Shown here: positions 49,946-59,169 of the stretch, piece after piece | Layout: each line of letters begins with the position of its first letter | How positions within the stretch are numbered: position 1 is the first letter of the stretch | Virus record (IMG/VR): IMGVR_UViG_3300046491_000313 | Location: 3,684 to 67,683 of that record | Direction: 5' to 3' (one strand) | Length of the DNA: 64,000 nt | Source of the DNA: a virus | Notes under the pieces: model-generated | What the model saw: the letters and a program-made list of their open reading frames with translations, nothing else | The model's database searches: none | Told to the model about the DNA's origin: nothing | Translations under genes and position numbers: made by a program

Positions 49946-51171
49946 AGGAGTAACGATAGCAACCCCCTGAGTTCGAAAATACTACGTATTATTTTTCTAC
50001 AGCAGAGAGCGGGAAATGGGTGCCGACTTGGGGGCGAAAAAATTTTGTCGAAAAAATATTAAAAATTTCGTGTTTTTTGCGCCATTAATCATTATAAAGC
50101 AAAATTAAAAGAAAGTCAAGAAAAATTTAAAACTTTTTTTATTTATCTTGTTAAAACTTGACAAAATTTGATTTAGTCAAATTAATTTTATTTATTTATG
50201 CAACAATATGATCAATATGTCAATACCCTCACGCCTACTCGATACAATATCAAGGGTATGTTATGCCGTCAATGTGTACGGGTAGAATGTGGCGGGGTAC
50301 CCCCTCGAGTTTATAGACACACACCCAGCGGAAGAAAGCAAGTGTTTAAACGATAACCAATCGACACCCTCAACGCTACCCAATCGCCATCATCTCGACA
50401 CCAGCACGCCACCCCTCCCCTATCTCTCGATATATTCGCCACCTTATCGCCTACCCTCTCGCCCTCTCCTCTCGGTATATATCCCGCTACCCCCGTTTAT
50501 GTAGCTCCGCCCGTTTATGTCACTCTTCGAAACGATACCGCATCTCTTTTCGATACCCTCACGAATAAGGGATCGTTTAACCTTCTTTTATATAACGAGG
50601 AGAAAAGCATGATCGCCTTTTCGTTTCCCTCTCGTTCTCCTCTCGATTCTTTACGATGTTACAAATCGTCGCCATCAAGTCCCGATCTTTTCTTTTGTTT
50701 TTTCTCTTTCTTTTCCTTTTTTGCTTGGTCTTGTTTTACATGATTCTTTTTTATTTCTTTTCTATTGCATAATGAAGAAATGAAATTTCGAATTTGCGAT
50801 CTTTTATGTTTTTATTTGTTTATATTTATTCATTTCTTTGTATATTTATAAGGTCTTGCAATATATATTTTTTCTTATGTCTTTCGTTATTATGTCGGTT
50901 AATTTTATTTAATGAGTATAAAGCGGATCACCTTTCGGAAAAAAACGGTTTTACTCAAGGAAATTTTTACTCTTACTCACCCATAAGCATGTAAAATGCC
51001 CGTATATTTTCACCGTTTACTTATTTTTTGATCTTTGTTTTTTCGGTGAATTCTAACCCGTTTTTTATCCTAAAAATGGAAAAATGAGCCCTTTTCGTTG
51101 TGTCGTTTTTTGTCTAATTTTTAGTACTATTTACATATTGACTTTTTTATTTTATTTTTAACTTTTCAAAA

Positions 51172-51268
51172 TGTCAAAAATAAAATACTACTTTTTTACT
51201 ATTTATTGTTGACAATTGTTAAAAACTGGCTATAATGAAAGTATGAAAAAGGGAGAGTGATAAAAATG
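51172..51268 (+). promoter_or_regulatory. early promoter/RBS cassette 1
   Basis: UP-like AT tract, TTGACA 51209, TATAAT 51231, GGGAGAGTGA RBS. Confidence 0.88.
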
Positions 51269-51607
51269 AATAACAATTTAAAATCATTAAAAATAAAAAA
51301 TTTACGTGTAAGCGTAAAAGAGAACGAAAGCGGAACGAAAAGCGTTTTTTATAGATTTCGAACAATTGACGAAAACGGGACCATCGATAAATATAACGAA
51401 TATGCGCAAGTTATCATTAATAACGAGGTAAAGGCGGAAAAATTAGACGTTCTTGATCGATTCTTTTATAAATATGACAATATAAACGAAATAGACGAGG
51501 AAAAGCGCGCGTTTATCGATACATTGAAACGAAAAGCATTTTTAAAGCGTTTTTACGCGGCGGCGCGTTCTATTAAAAAAGGAGATGTTAAAAATGCAAA
51601 CAATTAA
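51266..51607 (+). CDS. early hypothetical protein
   Basis: ORF directly after cassette RBS. Confidence 0.7.
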   Translation: MNNNLKSLKIKNLRVSVKENESGTKSVFYRFRTIDENGTIDKYNEYAQVIINNEVKAEKLDVLDRFFYKYDNINEIDEEKRAFIDTLKRKAFLKRFYAAARSIKKGDVKNANN

Positions 51608-51791
51608 AAAACTTTTAAAAAAATACGGTTTAATTATCGGAGGCGCGATCGGTAGCGTGGCGATCCTTCTCGTATTTATGCACTTTTTACCAATCGAAGA
51701 AATACGCGCGGGACATCTTCCGATCGTTTGTCTCTCGTCTCTTCCGATTATATCAGCGCTATTGTATAAGATGAACAAAAACGAAAAATAA
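51594..51791 (+). CDS. early small membrane protein
   Basis: Two hydrophobic segments; AAGGAG RBS. Confidence 0.6.
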   Translation: MQTIKKLLKKYGLIIGGAIGSVAILLVFMHFLPIEEIRAGHLPIVCLSSLPIISALLYKMNKNEK

Positions 51792-51821
51792 AAGGCTTAA
51801 ACGCCTTTTTTCTTTTTAAAA

Positions 51822-51918
51822 AGTCAAAAATAAAATACTACTTTTTTACTATTTATTGTTGACAATTGTTAAAAACTGGTTATAATAAAGATATATAAAA
51901 GGGAGAGTGATAAAAATG
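51822..51918 (+). promoter_or_regulatory. early promoter/RBS cassette 2
   Basis: TTGACA 51859, TATAAT 51881; near-identical to cassette 1; preceded by terminator. Confidence 0.88.
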
Positions 51919-52125
51919 AAAACTTATAAAATTATTGACAAAGATACAAAAACGAAAGACTTGTTATTAATTATTAAAACGGAAGCGACAAAAAAAGAGG
52001 TAAACGAAATTGTAAAACAAGTACAAAAAATTGACGGTTATACGGTTGATGAATTAATAGAAGCATTCGAAAAACACGAAAAAACTTTTATTATTGATGA
52101 AGATATCGAAGAAATTAACTTTTAA
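51916..52125 (+). CDS. early hypothetical protein
   Basis: ORF after cassette RBS. Confidence 0.7.
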   Translation: MKTYKIIDKDTKTKDLLLIIKTEATKKEVNEIVKQVQKIDGYTVDELIEAFEKHEKTFIIDEDIEEINF

Positions 52126-52143
52126 AAAGGGAGAGTGATAAAC

Positions 52144-52320
52144 ATGAATAAACAAGTAAAAAAACAAATTAAATACACTAATTATAAAACTATGTTAATG
52201 ATGGGTTATGCAGGATTTGACAAACAATCGGGCAAATACTGGGCGATTTATTTAACGGAGAACGGTACAACGTTAGATCCTGATGTTGAAATCGTAAACG
52301 AAGGAGGCGATCAAAAATGA
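52144..52320 (+). CDS. early hypothetical protein
   Basis: Same GGGAGAGTGATAAA RBS. Confidence 0.65.
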   Translation: MNKQVKKQIKYTNYKTMLMMGYAGFDKQSGKYWAIYLTENGTTLDPDVEIVNEGGDQK

Positions 52321-52460
52321 ATGTAAAAGATATCATTATTAATATTATCGCAATTATCGAGATCGGCGTGTTCTCTTACATGTTTATTCAAGTCGTAAAA
52401 GACGAGAGAAAACAAAAACGAGAAGACAACGAAACAAAAAAGGGAGGCGATCAAAAATGA
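52317..52460 (+). CDS. early small membrane protein (47 aa)
   Basis: Hand-found MNVKDIIINIIAIIEIGVFSYMF...GGDQK*, ATGA overlaps at both ends. Confidence 0.6.
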   Translation: MNVKDIIINIIAIIEIGVFSYMFIQVVKDERKQKREDNETKKGGDQK

Positions 52461-52813
52461 AAAACAAAATCATGAAAAAATTACTTTATATTATTATAGG
52501 TTTAATTATTGGGCTAGCATTTGGCGTTTTATTCGGTCACAATGAAAAGGGTTTTATAAAAAATAAAAAGGAAGCGTTCGAGAATCAAACGAAATTTTAC
52601 ATAGTAACGGGCGAAGGTTTTAGCAAATTTTATAACGAAAATTCGATCGAAACGCAAGGCATCGGCGAAAAAGATAAATTTTATTTACTGGATACGGATC
52701 CAGGTGTTGAAAAAATGAATCTAAAAAGCGGTGACATAATCAAGGTAAAATTTGGGACATACGAAGACGAGATCAAAAAAGTCGAAAAAGTGAAAGTTAA
52801 AGAAGCGCAATAA
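52457..52813 (+). CDS. early membrane-anchored protein
   Basis: N-terminal TM/signal segment. Confidence 0.7.
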   Translation: MKNKIMKKLLYIIIGLIIGLAFGVLFGHNEKGFIKNKKEAFENQTKFYIVTGEGFSKFYNENSIETQGIGEKDKFYLLDTDPGVEKMNLKSGDIIKVKFGTYEDEIKKVEKVKVKEAQ

Positions 52814-52878
52814 ACGGCGCTTTTTTCTTTTTGTTTAAATTATTTTCCATAGTACGATTTTACTATATTATTTCAAAA

Positions 52879-52975
52879 AGTCAAAAATAAAATACTACTT
52901 TTTTACTATTTATTGTTGACAATTGTTAAAAACTGGTTATAATAAAGATATATAAAAGGGAGAGTGATAAAAATG
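52879..52975 (+). promoter_or_regulatory. early promoter/RBS cassette 3
   Basis: TTGACA 52916, TATAAT 52938. Confidence 0.88.
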
Positions 52976-53494
52976 AATAACAAATTTTTAGAATTATTAA
53001 AAGAAAAAAATGAAAGTGTATATAAAAAACAACGCGTTAAGCTTATCAGCCAATTTGATTTAAACGAAATCAACGAAAAATTAAACGGAGACTTTAAGCA
53101 GAAAAACGATATCTTTAACATTTTGAGTTTTTTAAAAGAAGACGGCGAAAACTTAGCGGAAATTATGGAAGCTATCGAAATTTATGTAAACTTTAACGAA
53201 GAAGACCGTGAGATCCTCGAATGTTTCCTAGATTATAACAATATTTTAAACGCGGTATTTAAAGTAAAAAACGAAGATTATCATTATTATTATGATAAAA
53301 TACACTACATAGAAAGTTTTATCTATAACACGGCGGGAGACTTAGAGCAAACACTCGAGGAGACTTTCGGATCGTTTATTGGTTATTTTATATTTCAATC
53401 GGTAGATCTCAAAGACTTAGCCGACGAGACGATCAAACACTCAGAGGGCATATATGCGCTGAGCGGCGGGAGAGTGATCGATCTTTGCATTTAA
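52973..53494 (+). CDS. acidic early protein, possibly ArdA-like antirestriction
   Basis: D/E- and Y-rich; C-terminus resembles ArdA ending by eye. Confidence 0.45.
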   Translation: MNNKFLELLKEKNESVYKKQRVKLISQFDLNEINEKLNGDFKQKNDIFNILSFLKEDGENLAEIMEAIEIYVNFNEEDREILECFLDYNNILNAVFKVKNEDYHYYYDKIHYIESFIYNTAGDLEQTLEETFGSFIGYFIFQSVDLKDLADETIKHSEGIYALSGGRVIDLCI

Positions 53495-53538
53495 AAAAGG
53501 TTTAACCGCCTTTTTTTCTTTTTCTCAAATTCTCAAAA

Positions 53539-53636
53539 TGTCAAAAATAAAATATAACTTTTTTACTATTTATTGTTGACAATTGTTAAAAACTGGTTAT
53601 AATAAAGATATATAAAAGGGAGAGTGATAAAACATG
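53539..53636 (+). promoter_or_regulatory. early promoter/RBS cassette 4
   Basis: TTGACA 53576, TATAAT 53598. Confidence 0.88.
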
Positions 53637-53954
53637 AAATATAAAAATAATGATGTATTAGAAAAATTTTTAAACGGTGAAGAAGCGACAAACGGGCGAA
53701 ATTTACATAGCGAAAAAGACGGAGACGCGATCCGCCTCGTTAATTATTCGACAATTATAGCAAAAATAACGATCGACGGCGTTTTATTGATTAACGAGTT
53801 AAAATATAGTGTGACAACGACAAAGCATCAAAATTTTTTAAAACGAAACGGCGGCGCATTTATCGAGTTATCCGAATACGATGTACGCATGATCAACAAT
53901 TGGAAAAAAGAACGCGTTCGATTAATCTTTAAAAATGGTGGTGTAAACGTATGA
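53634..53954 (+). CDS. early hypothetical protein (L.NY.T.IA...YS.TT.KHQ type)
   Basis: ORF after cassette RBS. Confidence 0.7.
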   Translation: MKYKNNDVLEKFLNGEEATNGRNLHSEKDGDAIRLVNYSTIIAKITIDGVLLINELKYSVTTTKHQNFLKRNGGAFIELSEYDVRMINNWKKERVRLIFKNGGVNV

Positions 53955-54268
53955 ATATAAAAAACAATTTCGAAAAAATACATATTGCAAAAACTGAAAA
54001 AGGCGCTTTAATCAAATATAAGCGCCGCCAAATGTTGATCGATTCTTTCGAAGAGTTAACACATAAAGAGTTATTAAAAAGACTTTTCGAAGAGGCGGAG
54101 GCATACGATCAAAAAATGGATTTTTCGACATTTTGCGAAAAATATAACTATAATAGTGATTCTATTAACGATCTTTCGATTTATAACGAATTTTTAAAAA
54201 ACGGTTACAAATTAAAAAAGCTTTTCGCCAATGATTACGAAGAGATCCGAGAAAAAGCGTTGAAATAA
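53951..54268 (+). CDS. early hypothetical protein
   Basis: ORF track, coupled. Confidence 0.7.
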   Translation: MNIKNNFEKIHIAKTEKGALIKYKRRQMLIDSFEELTHKELLKRLFEEAEAYDQKMDFSTFCEKYNYNSDSINDLSIYNEFLKNGYKLKKLFANDYEEIREKALK

Positions 54269-54508
54269 GACGGCGCTTTTTTCGTTTCCTCAAAAAATTA
54301 TTTTCGATAGTATCATTTTAACACTATTAAAAACAGGCGTTCGAAAATACCTTATTTTTACATTTTTATTGATCGTTTAAGGTGTTTATATGTTCCCTAA
54401 AATATGGCAAAAATTTACGTTTAAACGCTTTATTTTTCAAATTTAACAAATATAAAAAGGCGTTTTTTAACGTTTTTTCGTTGTTTTATCGATTGAATCA
54501 CGGGAAAA

Positions 54509-54606
54509 AGTCAAAAAGAAAATAACACTTTTTTACAATTTATTGTTGACAATTGTTAAAAACTGGGTATAATTAAAGTATAGAAAAGGGAGAGTGATAA
54601 AACATG
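54509..54606 (+). promoter_or_regulatory. early promoter/RBS cassette 5
   Basis: TTGACA 54546, TATAAT 54568; most diverged copy. Confidence 0.85.
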
Positions 54607-54951
54607 AAAAAAGAAAAAGAAGCTTTCAAAATTAATTTTTGTAAAACGTGGGGAAAAGATGGATCCGTGTATAACGGATATATAAGAATGAATCAAGATC
54701 TTTTCGATGAGGTTATAAACTACATAAAAGAACAAGACGGCGAGGCGTGGCATTACTATAAATTTCATATTTTAGAAAATAAAGATTTTACACACAATGA
54801 AGAAAAGAATCAAATGATCTATTTTACATCTTTAGAATTTTTAACGGTATTTTTTGGATACGCCAAGCATAAAAAAGGGTTACCTTTTAACGAAAAAAGA
54901 TTTTTTGCATTAAAAAACGCTTTTATCGTTGTCGATTTAGAAAAGGCTTAA
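54604..54951 (+). CDS. early hypothetical protein
   Basis: ORF after cassette RBS. Confidence 0.7.
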   Translation: MKKEKEAFKINFCKTWGKDGSVYNGYIRMNQDLFDEVINYIKEQDGEAWHYYKFHILENKDFTHNEEKNQMIYFTSLEFLTVFFGYAKHKKGLPFNEKRFFALKNAFIVVDLEKA

Positions 54952-55169
54952 ATGCCTTTTTTTTGATCTTTTTCTTGCATTTTTTTCTTTTCATGTTAAA
55001 ATTAAACTATAAATAAAAAACTAGGAAAAGCGATCTTTCGTTTTCTCCTGGTTTTCGTCGTTTTAAGGGTAATGTCAATTTTAAAAAATCAATTTTTGAC
55101 AATTTTAAACTTTATTTTCGATAGTATCATTTTGATAATATCAATTTAACACTATGAAAAAAATTAAAA

Positions 55170-55700
55170 TTTGAATTTGTCGAATTTTGTCGAAAAAATC
55201 GATATTTTTTGAAATGAAAATTTTTGAGGTTTTTCGCAGATCGAGGGAAAGGTTTCACCACCACCATGATTTCTCCTATAAAAAGCTGCCTCAGATCTAT
55301 AGGGGGGAGGAGAGGAAGAAGGTCGAGGCTACCTCGGCTCTTATAAATAAAAAGACTTTTATCACAAACCTTTTTCGATAAGAAAGTCGATGAAAAAATC
55401 GTTGGCTTTCTTTTTTATTTTGTCGAACTTTTTTCGAAAACTTTTCGGTGAAGTCGATTCAACTTTTTTTTCGAAAACTTTTTTCGTTTCTCTGTCAAAA
55501 ACCATCGAACTTTTTTCACTCTTTTTCGGTGAAAACTTGCTAAAAACTCGACCATTTTTCGATTTATTTTTCGGTGAAATTTGTCTCGAAAAGTTTTCGA
55601 ACTTTTTCCGAACATTTTCTCGGAGTTTTGGCGAACATTTTGGCGAACATCTTCTGCAATTTTTCGATGAATTTTTACATAAAATCGAAACGATATGGCG
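55170..55700. repeat. non-coding tract of phased T/A-runs and TCGA/CGAA units
   Basis: Many TTTT(T)CG(A/G) units about 11-12 bp apart, e.g. TTTTGGCGAACA x2. Confidence 0.65.
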
Positions 55701-55753
55701 GGGGTCTTTTCAGGATCAGTGCCTTGGGATCTTGGAATCGAAAAAGCTTCGTA

Positions 55754-56083
55754 TCATAACGATACAAAGCCTTGTTTATCGAAATCAATATGCAGCGAAC
55801 TTACATCTATCTTAGTCGCTAGAGGACTTTGGTTTTCACCTCTTTCTGGGTCATCGAGAATAGGTTTCACTTGACCATACGCTTCTTTAATAATATGTAC
55901 GTCAACATTCGTTAATAAACTTTCCAACTCACCGCGAACAAACTTATCTACATGGTATAACTTCCCTTCTTCGTTCACATAAGCGAATAAAGCTAAGCTC
56001 ATTTCTGTATTAATTTCCATATAAGTCGATCTACCTTTCTTTCTAAATAAAATAAGTGCTTTTGTTTCTTTCATTATAATCAC
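55754..56083 (-). CDS. hypothetical protein
   Basis: ORF with GGGAGTGA RBS and own TTGACA promoter. Confidence 0.65.
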   Translation of the reverse strand: MIIMKETKALILFRKKGRSTYMEINTEMSLALFAYVNEEGKLYHVDKFVRGELESLLTNVDVHIIKEAYGQVKPILDDPERGENQSPLATKIDVSSLHIDFDKQGFVSL

Positions 56084-56163
56084 TCCCCTTTTTGTATATT
56101 CTTAGTATAATCTATTTCCAACAATTGTCAACAAAAAAGAATAAAAAAAAATAACGATTATTT

Positions 56164-56757
56164 TCAATCGTTATTCTTGTCGTTTAGCAATTTTAATCGA
56201 ATGTTTTTATGGCTTCGAATTTTCTCGATTAACTCTTCATGAAAATCAAGCGCATAGATATCAGTAGCAAGCGGTATGTAAAAGTTCTCCCCTAATAACG
56301 CTAAAGACTCGTCGTTGTTTCGTTTATTTATGCGATAAACAAATTTTGCTCCAAGTTTTTCGATTTCAAAAGAGATCATCTTTTCGCTTTCACTTTCTTG
56401 CATACGAATTTTTCGAATCACGATATCGGAAATTTGGTTTACCTTTTCGAGGATAAGCGCATAATGCATGATACTCGTTTTTAAATAACGATACCCATAC
56501 ATTTCGTTTAATTCCTTCCTAACCACTTCTTCCGAAACGCTCGGTAACACACCTCCATAAAAGACTTCTTCGTGTCTTTCCATTGTTTTCGTATTTACGA
56601 TAAAATTTACTTCGAATAAATCCTCTACGTAATCATGTTCGCTTTCTTCGTTTTCTGCTTCGCTTCCCATTACGATATATTCCGCTGAGTAAACACCTTC
56701 CGCTAACTTTCTGTATGGTTTTAAATCCGCATAATCGACATCAAAATAATAACTCAT
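56164..56757 (-). CDS. hypothetical protein
   Basis: ORF with RBS and own TTGACA promoter. Confidence 0.7.
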   Translation of the reverse strand: MSYYFDVDYADLKPYRKLAEGVYSAEYIVMGSEAENEESEHDYVEDLFEVNFIVNTKTMERHEEVFYGGVLPSVSEEVVRKELNEMYGYRYLKTSIMHYALILEKVNQISDIVIRKIRMQESESEKMISFEIEKLGAKFVYRINKRNNDESLALLGENFYIPLATDIYALDFHEELIEKIRSHKNIRLKLLNDKNND

Positions 56758-56837
56758 TGTATCTCCCCCTTTATATACGTTTATTATAACAGGATAATAA
56801 CAATTGTCAACACGTAAACAAACAAAAAAAAGACGAA

Positions 56838-57056
56838 TTATTTTTCGCCTTTTGTTTTGTCATCGATATTTTTCAGCGCTTCTCCTAACGCTTCAAAATC
56901 TTTTCCCTCTAAAACAACGTGGAAATCCGTTTCTCTTTTGTCTTCTTCGATAGCAAGAATGTAATAAATATATTCTTTCCCATCGATTTCTTGCATTCTT
57001 TTCGTTACGTTAAACTTACCTTTTCCGAATGTATGTACGTTAATTGACGTTCTCAT
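56838..57056 (-). CDS. hypothetical protein
   Basis: ORF track. Confidence 0.6.
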   Translation of the reverse strand: MRTSINVHTFGKGKFNVTKRMQEIDGKEYIYYILAIEEDKRETDFHVVLEGKDFEALGEALKNIDDKTKGEK

Positions 57057-57307
57057 TTCGCTTCACTCTCCTTTATCCATGTATTCGTTAAATTATAAAC
57101 CAAACCTTTTAATAACGACTTTCGATTCATTAACTGTTCACCTGTCTTTAAATCGAATAGCGTTGTGCAATCAAGATCTACACGATTATGTAAATGCGTT
57201 AAAATCAAACATACGTTTCTATTATCATCTAAAACTACATCAAATAAAACCATTTTACCTTCTTTCGTTTTCAATAAAACTTTTGTTTCGTTAATTTGCT
57301 TAACCAT
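57053..57307 (-). CDS. hypothetical protein
   Basis: ORF track. Confidence 0.6.
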   Translation of the reverse strand: MVKQINETKVLLKTKEGKMVLFDVVLDDNRNVCLILTHLHNRVDLDCTTLFDLKTGEQLMNRKSLLKGLVYNLTNTWIKESEAK

Positions 57308-57313
57308 TCTACA

Positions 57314-57655
57314 TCACCCCTTTTCATTTAAACTTTCGTAATAAGAAGTATAGCGAGCTTTTTTCCACGCTTTCCAATTTTCAAGAACCGCTTTTATACG
57401 CAACTCCTTAACTTCTTTAATTTTTTCGATTGTCTTATGTATAATCTCTAACTCTTTTTCTTCCCCAAAATGAATTACTTTTTCTTTATCATTGATAACG
57501 ATAGATATAAAAATATAGTTTTCCGCTAGTCCGCCTTTCCATAACTCAGCATAATAGACTTTCTTTTCGTCTTCAAACGATATATAAAACTCTATTATGT
57601 CGTTTAACGTGTTGGTGTCGTACTCAAAATCTACTATTTTAATCACTGTTAACAA
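57314..57655 (-). CDS. hypothetical protein
   Basis: ORF track. Confidence 0.6.
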   Translation of the reverse strand: MLTVIKIVDFEYDTNTLNDIIEFYISFEDEKKVYYAELWKGGLAENYIFISIVINDKEKVIHFGEEKELEIIHKTIEKIKEVKELRIKAVLENWKAWKKARYTSYYESLNEKG

Positions 57656-57838
57656 CTCCTTTATTTATCTACTTCCATTATAAGGAAATAAAAACATTTG
57701 TCAACAAAAAAGATCAGAAAAAATAAAATAAAAAAAAGTATAAAAAGTAGTTGACAATTGTTATTTATTGATTATTATGTAGTCAGTAACAAAGGAAAAG
57801 ATAAAAATAAAAAAATAAAAAACTCGGAGGAATGTCAA

Positions 57839-57991
57839 ATGACAAAATATCAAGTAATTTATAAAAAGGTTGTATCTTCTTCATCTAATCAAGTAAAGAA
57901 ATTAGAAAACTCTCTCAAAAAAGAAGAAGGTAAACAACTAAAAAATTATACTCACCCTTTAAATGATATATACGCTAGTATCCGTAAATAA
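57839..57991 (+). CDS. small hypothetical protein
   Basis: ATG after GGAGG; followed by bidirectional terminator AAGACGAC/GTCGTCTT. Confidence 0.55.
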   Translation: MTKYQVIYKKVVSSSSNQVKKLENSLKKEEGKQLKNYTHPLNDIYASIRK

Positions 57992-58019
57992 AGAAAAGAC
58001 GACCATAAAGTCGTCTTTT

Positions 58020-58199
58020 TTACTTATTTAAAAAGCGTAATACTTTGTTGTAGTTCTCGATGTTTTTCTCAAATGGTCGCTCTGTTTGTAGAATCGAAAA
58101 CACTTCGTTTATAATATCATCGAACTGCCAATCCATTCCGTCTAACTCTTGGTACTGTTTCTTACACTTCGCTAATCTTTCTTTATTATATGTATCCAT
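58020..58199 (-). CDS. small hypothetical protein (59 aa)
   Basis: Hand-found MDTYNKERLAKCKK...LRFLNK* with AAGGGG RBS and TTGACA promoter. Confidence 0.55.
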   Translation of the reverse strand: MDTYNKERLAKCKKQYQELDGMDWQFDDIINEVFSILQTERPFEKNIENYNKVLRFLNK

Positions 58200-58325
58200 A
58201 ATTAATTCCCCCTTTTTGATATACTCTTATTTTATTAAATTTAAAAACAATTGTCAACAAAATTCTTTACTTTTTTCTTATGACTGCTATACTTATATTA
58301 AAAGAGAACCAGGGGGAAAATAAAA

Positions 58326-58616
58326 ATGAAAATCGAAATCGTGTCGTTTAGAAAGGTAATCGAAATGGGGACGAACCCACTGTTTGATATATCGTTTAAA
58401 TCGGACGGAAAAGTAAAGCGCATAGCTATCGAAAGAAGTGTTAGCTCCGAGCAAAAGCCGTTCACTATCCTTCGTTCAGGTTATTCGTTTAAAGTAATCG
58501 CATTAGAAGAGGAACACTTGTTCGAAAAATTCCTTATCCAAAAGCGAAATGTTCACCTATATTTTCTTCAAATTTTGCTCGATGTTCCGCAGCTTCGAGT
58601 TAAGCTTATCGTCTAA
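58326..58616 (+). CDS. hypothetical protein
   Basis: ORF with GGGGG RBS. Confidence 0.6.
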   Translation: MKIEIVSFRKVIEMGTNPLFDISFKSDGKVKRIAIERSVSSEQKPFTILRSGYSFKVIALEEEHLFEKFLIQKRNVHLYFLQILLDVPQLRVKLIV

Positions 58617-58666
58617 TTAACGAAATTACATACGAAAAAAACGAGGGTTATCGGTCCTCGTTTTTC

Positions 58667-59089
58667 TTATAGATAGAACGATTGGATTCGTTTAAACTGT
58701 ACTAGCGTGCAATAGATATGTACGTCCCATTCACGGTTATTAAATCGAATACGTAAAACAGCATGCGATTGATCTTTTCGTTTTTTCTTCGCACCTAATG
58801 CGCCTCCTACAACCATTCCGATAGGTCCCGCAATAACGCCGCCTGTTATCGCTCCTACTGCCGCTTTTCCTACGTTTCTTTCTGACGTAATGTTTTCGTA
58901 CCACTGAATATCAAGAACGGTACACGTTAAATCTGACGCAAATCCGTACTGCAATATTAACTTCCCTTTCTTATCGTGTTGGTAAATATCGATTGTTTCA
59001 CGGTTATGATCGAAATACTTTACATTCGGAAACCCTCCGATGTATCCAACCGTTTCTCTTTTTCTCGTAAGCTCTTTCCAAATTCCCAT
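58667..59089 (-). CDS. glycine-zipper membrane protein
   Basis: GKAAVGAITGGVIAGPIGMVVGGALGA. Confidence 0.65.
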   Translation of the reverse strand: MGIWKELTRKRETVGYIGGFPNVKYFDHNRETIDIYQHDKKGKLILQYGFASDLTCTVLDIQWYENITSERNVGKAAVGAITGGVIAGPIGMVVGGALGAKKKRKDQSHAVLRIRFNNREWDVHIYCTLVQFKRIQSFYL

Positions 59090-59169
59090 AATTATCACTC
59101 CCTTTTCCATAACTTAATCGCATTGTTGCTTTTTGTCAAGAAAAAAGATCAAAAAAAGAAGACGAAGAA

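Noticed and set aside
50289-50994. ORFs 50289-50504 and 50794-50994
   Set aside because: Composition artefacts of C-rich and T-rich non-coding DNA; no RBS
51172-54606. Repeats as a CRISPR array or integron attC sites
   Set aside because: Repeats are ~95-bp promoter/RBS units separated by 550-960 bp of genes; no cas genes or attC-like structure
55187-55815. ORFs 55187-55381, 55390-55815, 55415-55615, 55574-55759
   Set aside because: Phe/Lys-rich translations of a low-complexity repeat tract; no RBS
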